IMG/VR virus record: IMGVR_UViG_3300037419_002575
Location: 1-25,786 of that record
Source: a virus
Taxonomy: Duplodnaviria; Caudoviricetes
Length of the DNA: 25,786 nt
Direction: 5' to 3' (one strand)
The notes beneath the pieces are model-generated. The model searched no databases. It was not told the origin of the DNA and saw only the letters and a program-made list of their open reading frames with translations. Positions 24,719 through 25,786 of this stretch are shown here, in pieces. Every line of letters begins with the position of its first letter. Position 1 is the stretch's first letter. The position numbers and the translations under genes were made by a program.

Positions 24719-25786
24719 ATGGCTGAAACGCAGACGAAGACTCTGTCGGACTACTTCGAGGCAGTGTCGCCTGTTCTGCCGGAGGCGGCTGTTAAGCCTC
24801 TGAAGGATCAGATCTCGGCTTACACGGACCTGGTGACTCAGGTCAACAAGTGGATTGCTCAGGTGAATGCGGCGAAGGCGCAGGATCCTTCGAAGCCGGG
24901 TTACACGGATTACCTGGACCGGCTTTGGAAGACCGAGCAGGAGCGCGGCAATTCGCTGGTCAAGGAAATCGCAGATCGTTTCGACGCGATTGCGGAGGAG
25001 TACGAAAAGCTCAACAAGCAGCTTCGTGAAATCGCGAAGGCCAATTTCATCCCCGAAGAGCTTTCGGAGGAGAAGGCCAAGGAGACGAAGGCAAATGTGA
25101 ATGCGGCGCAGCCGACAATCGCCACGACGCGGGACACCATCAAGGCGCAGATGATGATGGTTGAGTCTGTGCTCACCATGCAGAATGTGGCACTGCCCGA
25201 GGGTGGACTGATTTCGCTTCTGCCCGAGGCCGATTCACTGAAGTCCGGTCGCGGTCGAAAGGCAGCGAGCTCTTCGGGTGGAACTCTTTACATGACGCGA
25301 GTCGATGACGTTTTCATCGATGGCGAATCCACTCGCACCGAAAAGGGTGGCAAGTTCAATTACGCCGCTGATGTTCTCTCCAAGAAGTTTGGTGCTGCGC
25401 AGCACCCGGAGAATGCGGTAACTGCCGAAGAGCTGGAGGAGGCGTACCTCAATCAGTTTGGTTACGCCGACCGCGCAGCTTCGAAGGCGGATGGTGAGGC
25501 AAAGCTGCCCCAGGAGTACGAATTCACCTTCACGAAGGAGACGGTGAAGACCAACCCGAATGACGGGGAAAAGGTCAAGGCTCCGATGATGGTTACCGTG
25601 AAGGTGATTCGCCCCGAGTCGAAGGCAAAGACGGAGGACGATTCCGCGAAGGCCACCGACGAAAAGCCTGCCGACAATTCGGCCAAGCCTGCCACGCCCG
25701 AGCCGCTCAAGATTGACACGCGGACCGAGGCCGAAAAGACGGCGGCCAATTCGAAGCCTGCTGAGGTTCCCGCCCCCGCAAAGAAG
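24719..25786 (+). CDS. Hypothetical protein, >356 aa, runs off the right edge (absent from ORF track)
   Basis: GAAAGGG RBS; the frame MAETQTKTLSDYFEAVSP...EVPAPAKK is open to the edge; helical N-half, KSGRGRK motif, Ala/Pro/Lys/Glu-rich tail. Confidence 0.88.
   Translation, partial: MAETQTKTLSDYFEAVSPVLPEAAVKPLKDQISAYTDLVTQVNKWIAQVNAAKAQDPSKPGYTDYLDRLWKTEQERGNSLVKEIADRFDAIAEEYEKLNKQLREIAKANFIPEELSEEKAKETKANVNAAQPTIATTRDTIKAQMMMVESVLTMQNVALPEGGLISLLPEADSLKSGRGRKAASSSGGTLYMTRVDDVFIDGESTRTEKGGKFNYAADVLSKKFGAAQHPENAVTAEELEEAYLNQFGYADRAASKADGEAKLPQEYEFTFTKETVKTNPNDGEKVKAPMMVTVKVIRPESKAKTEDDSAKATDEKPADNSAKPATPEPLKIDTRTEAEKTAANSKPAEVPAPAKK

Larger units (their letters stand above)
1..25786. mobile_element. 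Tailed bacteriophage genome segment (podovirus-like, probably actinobacterial host): virion/packaging/lysis operon plus start of a divergent region
   Basis: Terminase, portal, scaffold, capsid, adaptor/nozzle-like and lysin genes are tightly coupled on the minus strand. No host housekeeping genes, integrase, tail tube or tape-measure cassette were recognised. Confidence 0.93.

Noticed and set aside
1-25786. CRISPR or other tandem repeat-spacer arrays, integrase/att sites, tRNA genes
   Set aside because: None seen by eye; the only clear dispersed repeat is the two-copy 22-mer.

Overview
The whole window is tailed-phage DNA, most likely a short-tailed (podovirus-type) actinobacteriophage. The host is inferred only from ~55% GC (by eye), TTGACA-N18-TAGACT promoters and the GH25-LysM lysin. 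A long minus-strand late operon runs from ~22400 to beyond position 1. It encodes a holin-like protein, a probable small terminase, an endolysin, three related tail proteins (one fused to a poly-gamma-glutamate hydrolase), the large terminase, portal, an Acb2/Tad1-like protein, scaffold, major capsid, adaptor, nozzle and probable ejection proteins. An HTH regulator and a divergent plus-strand region follow. The most unusual signals are non-coding. (1) A ~330-nt rod-like structured RNA candidate at 24136-24464 has its own predicted promoter and is followed by more structured modules up to the RBS of an unknown >356-aa protein. (2) A 22-bp repeat sits at the same position in two predicted promoters. 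(3) Further long intergenic hairpins lie at 17251-17414, 22415-22575 and 11247-11328. (4) AATT is about 4-fold over-represented where hand-counted. All folds were paired by eye and all protein calls come from motif recognition; no searches were run.
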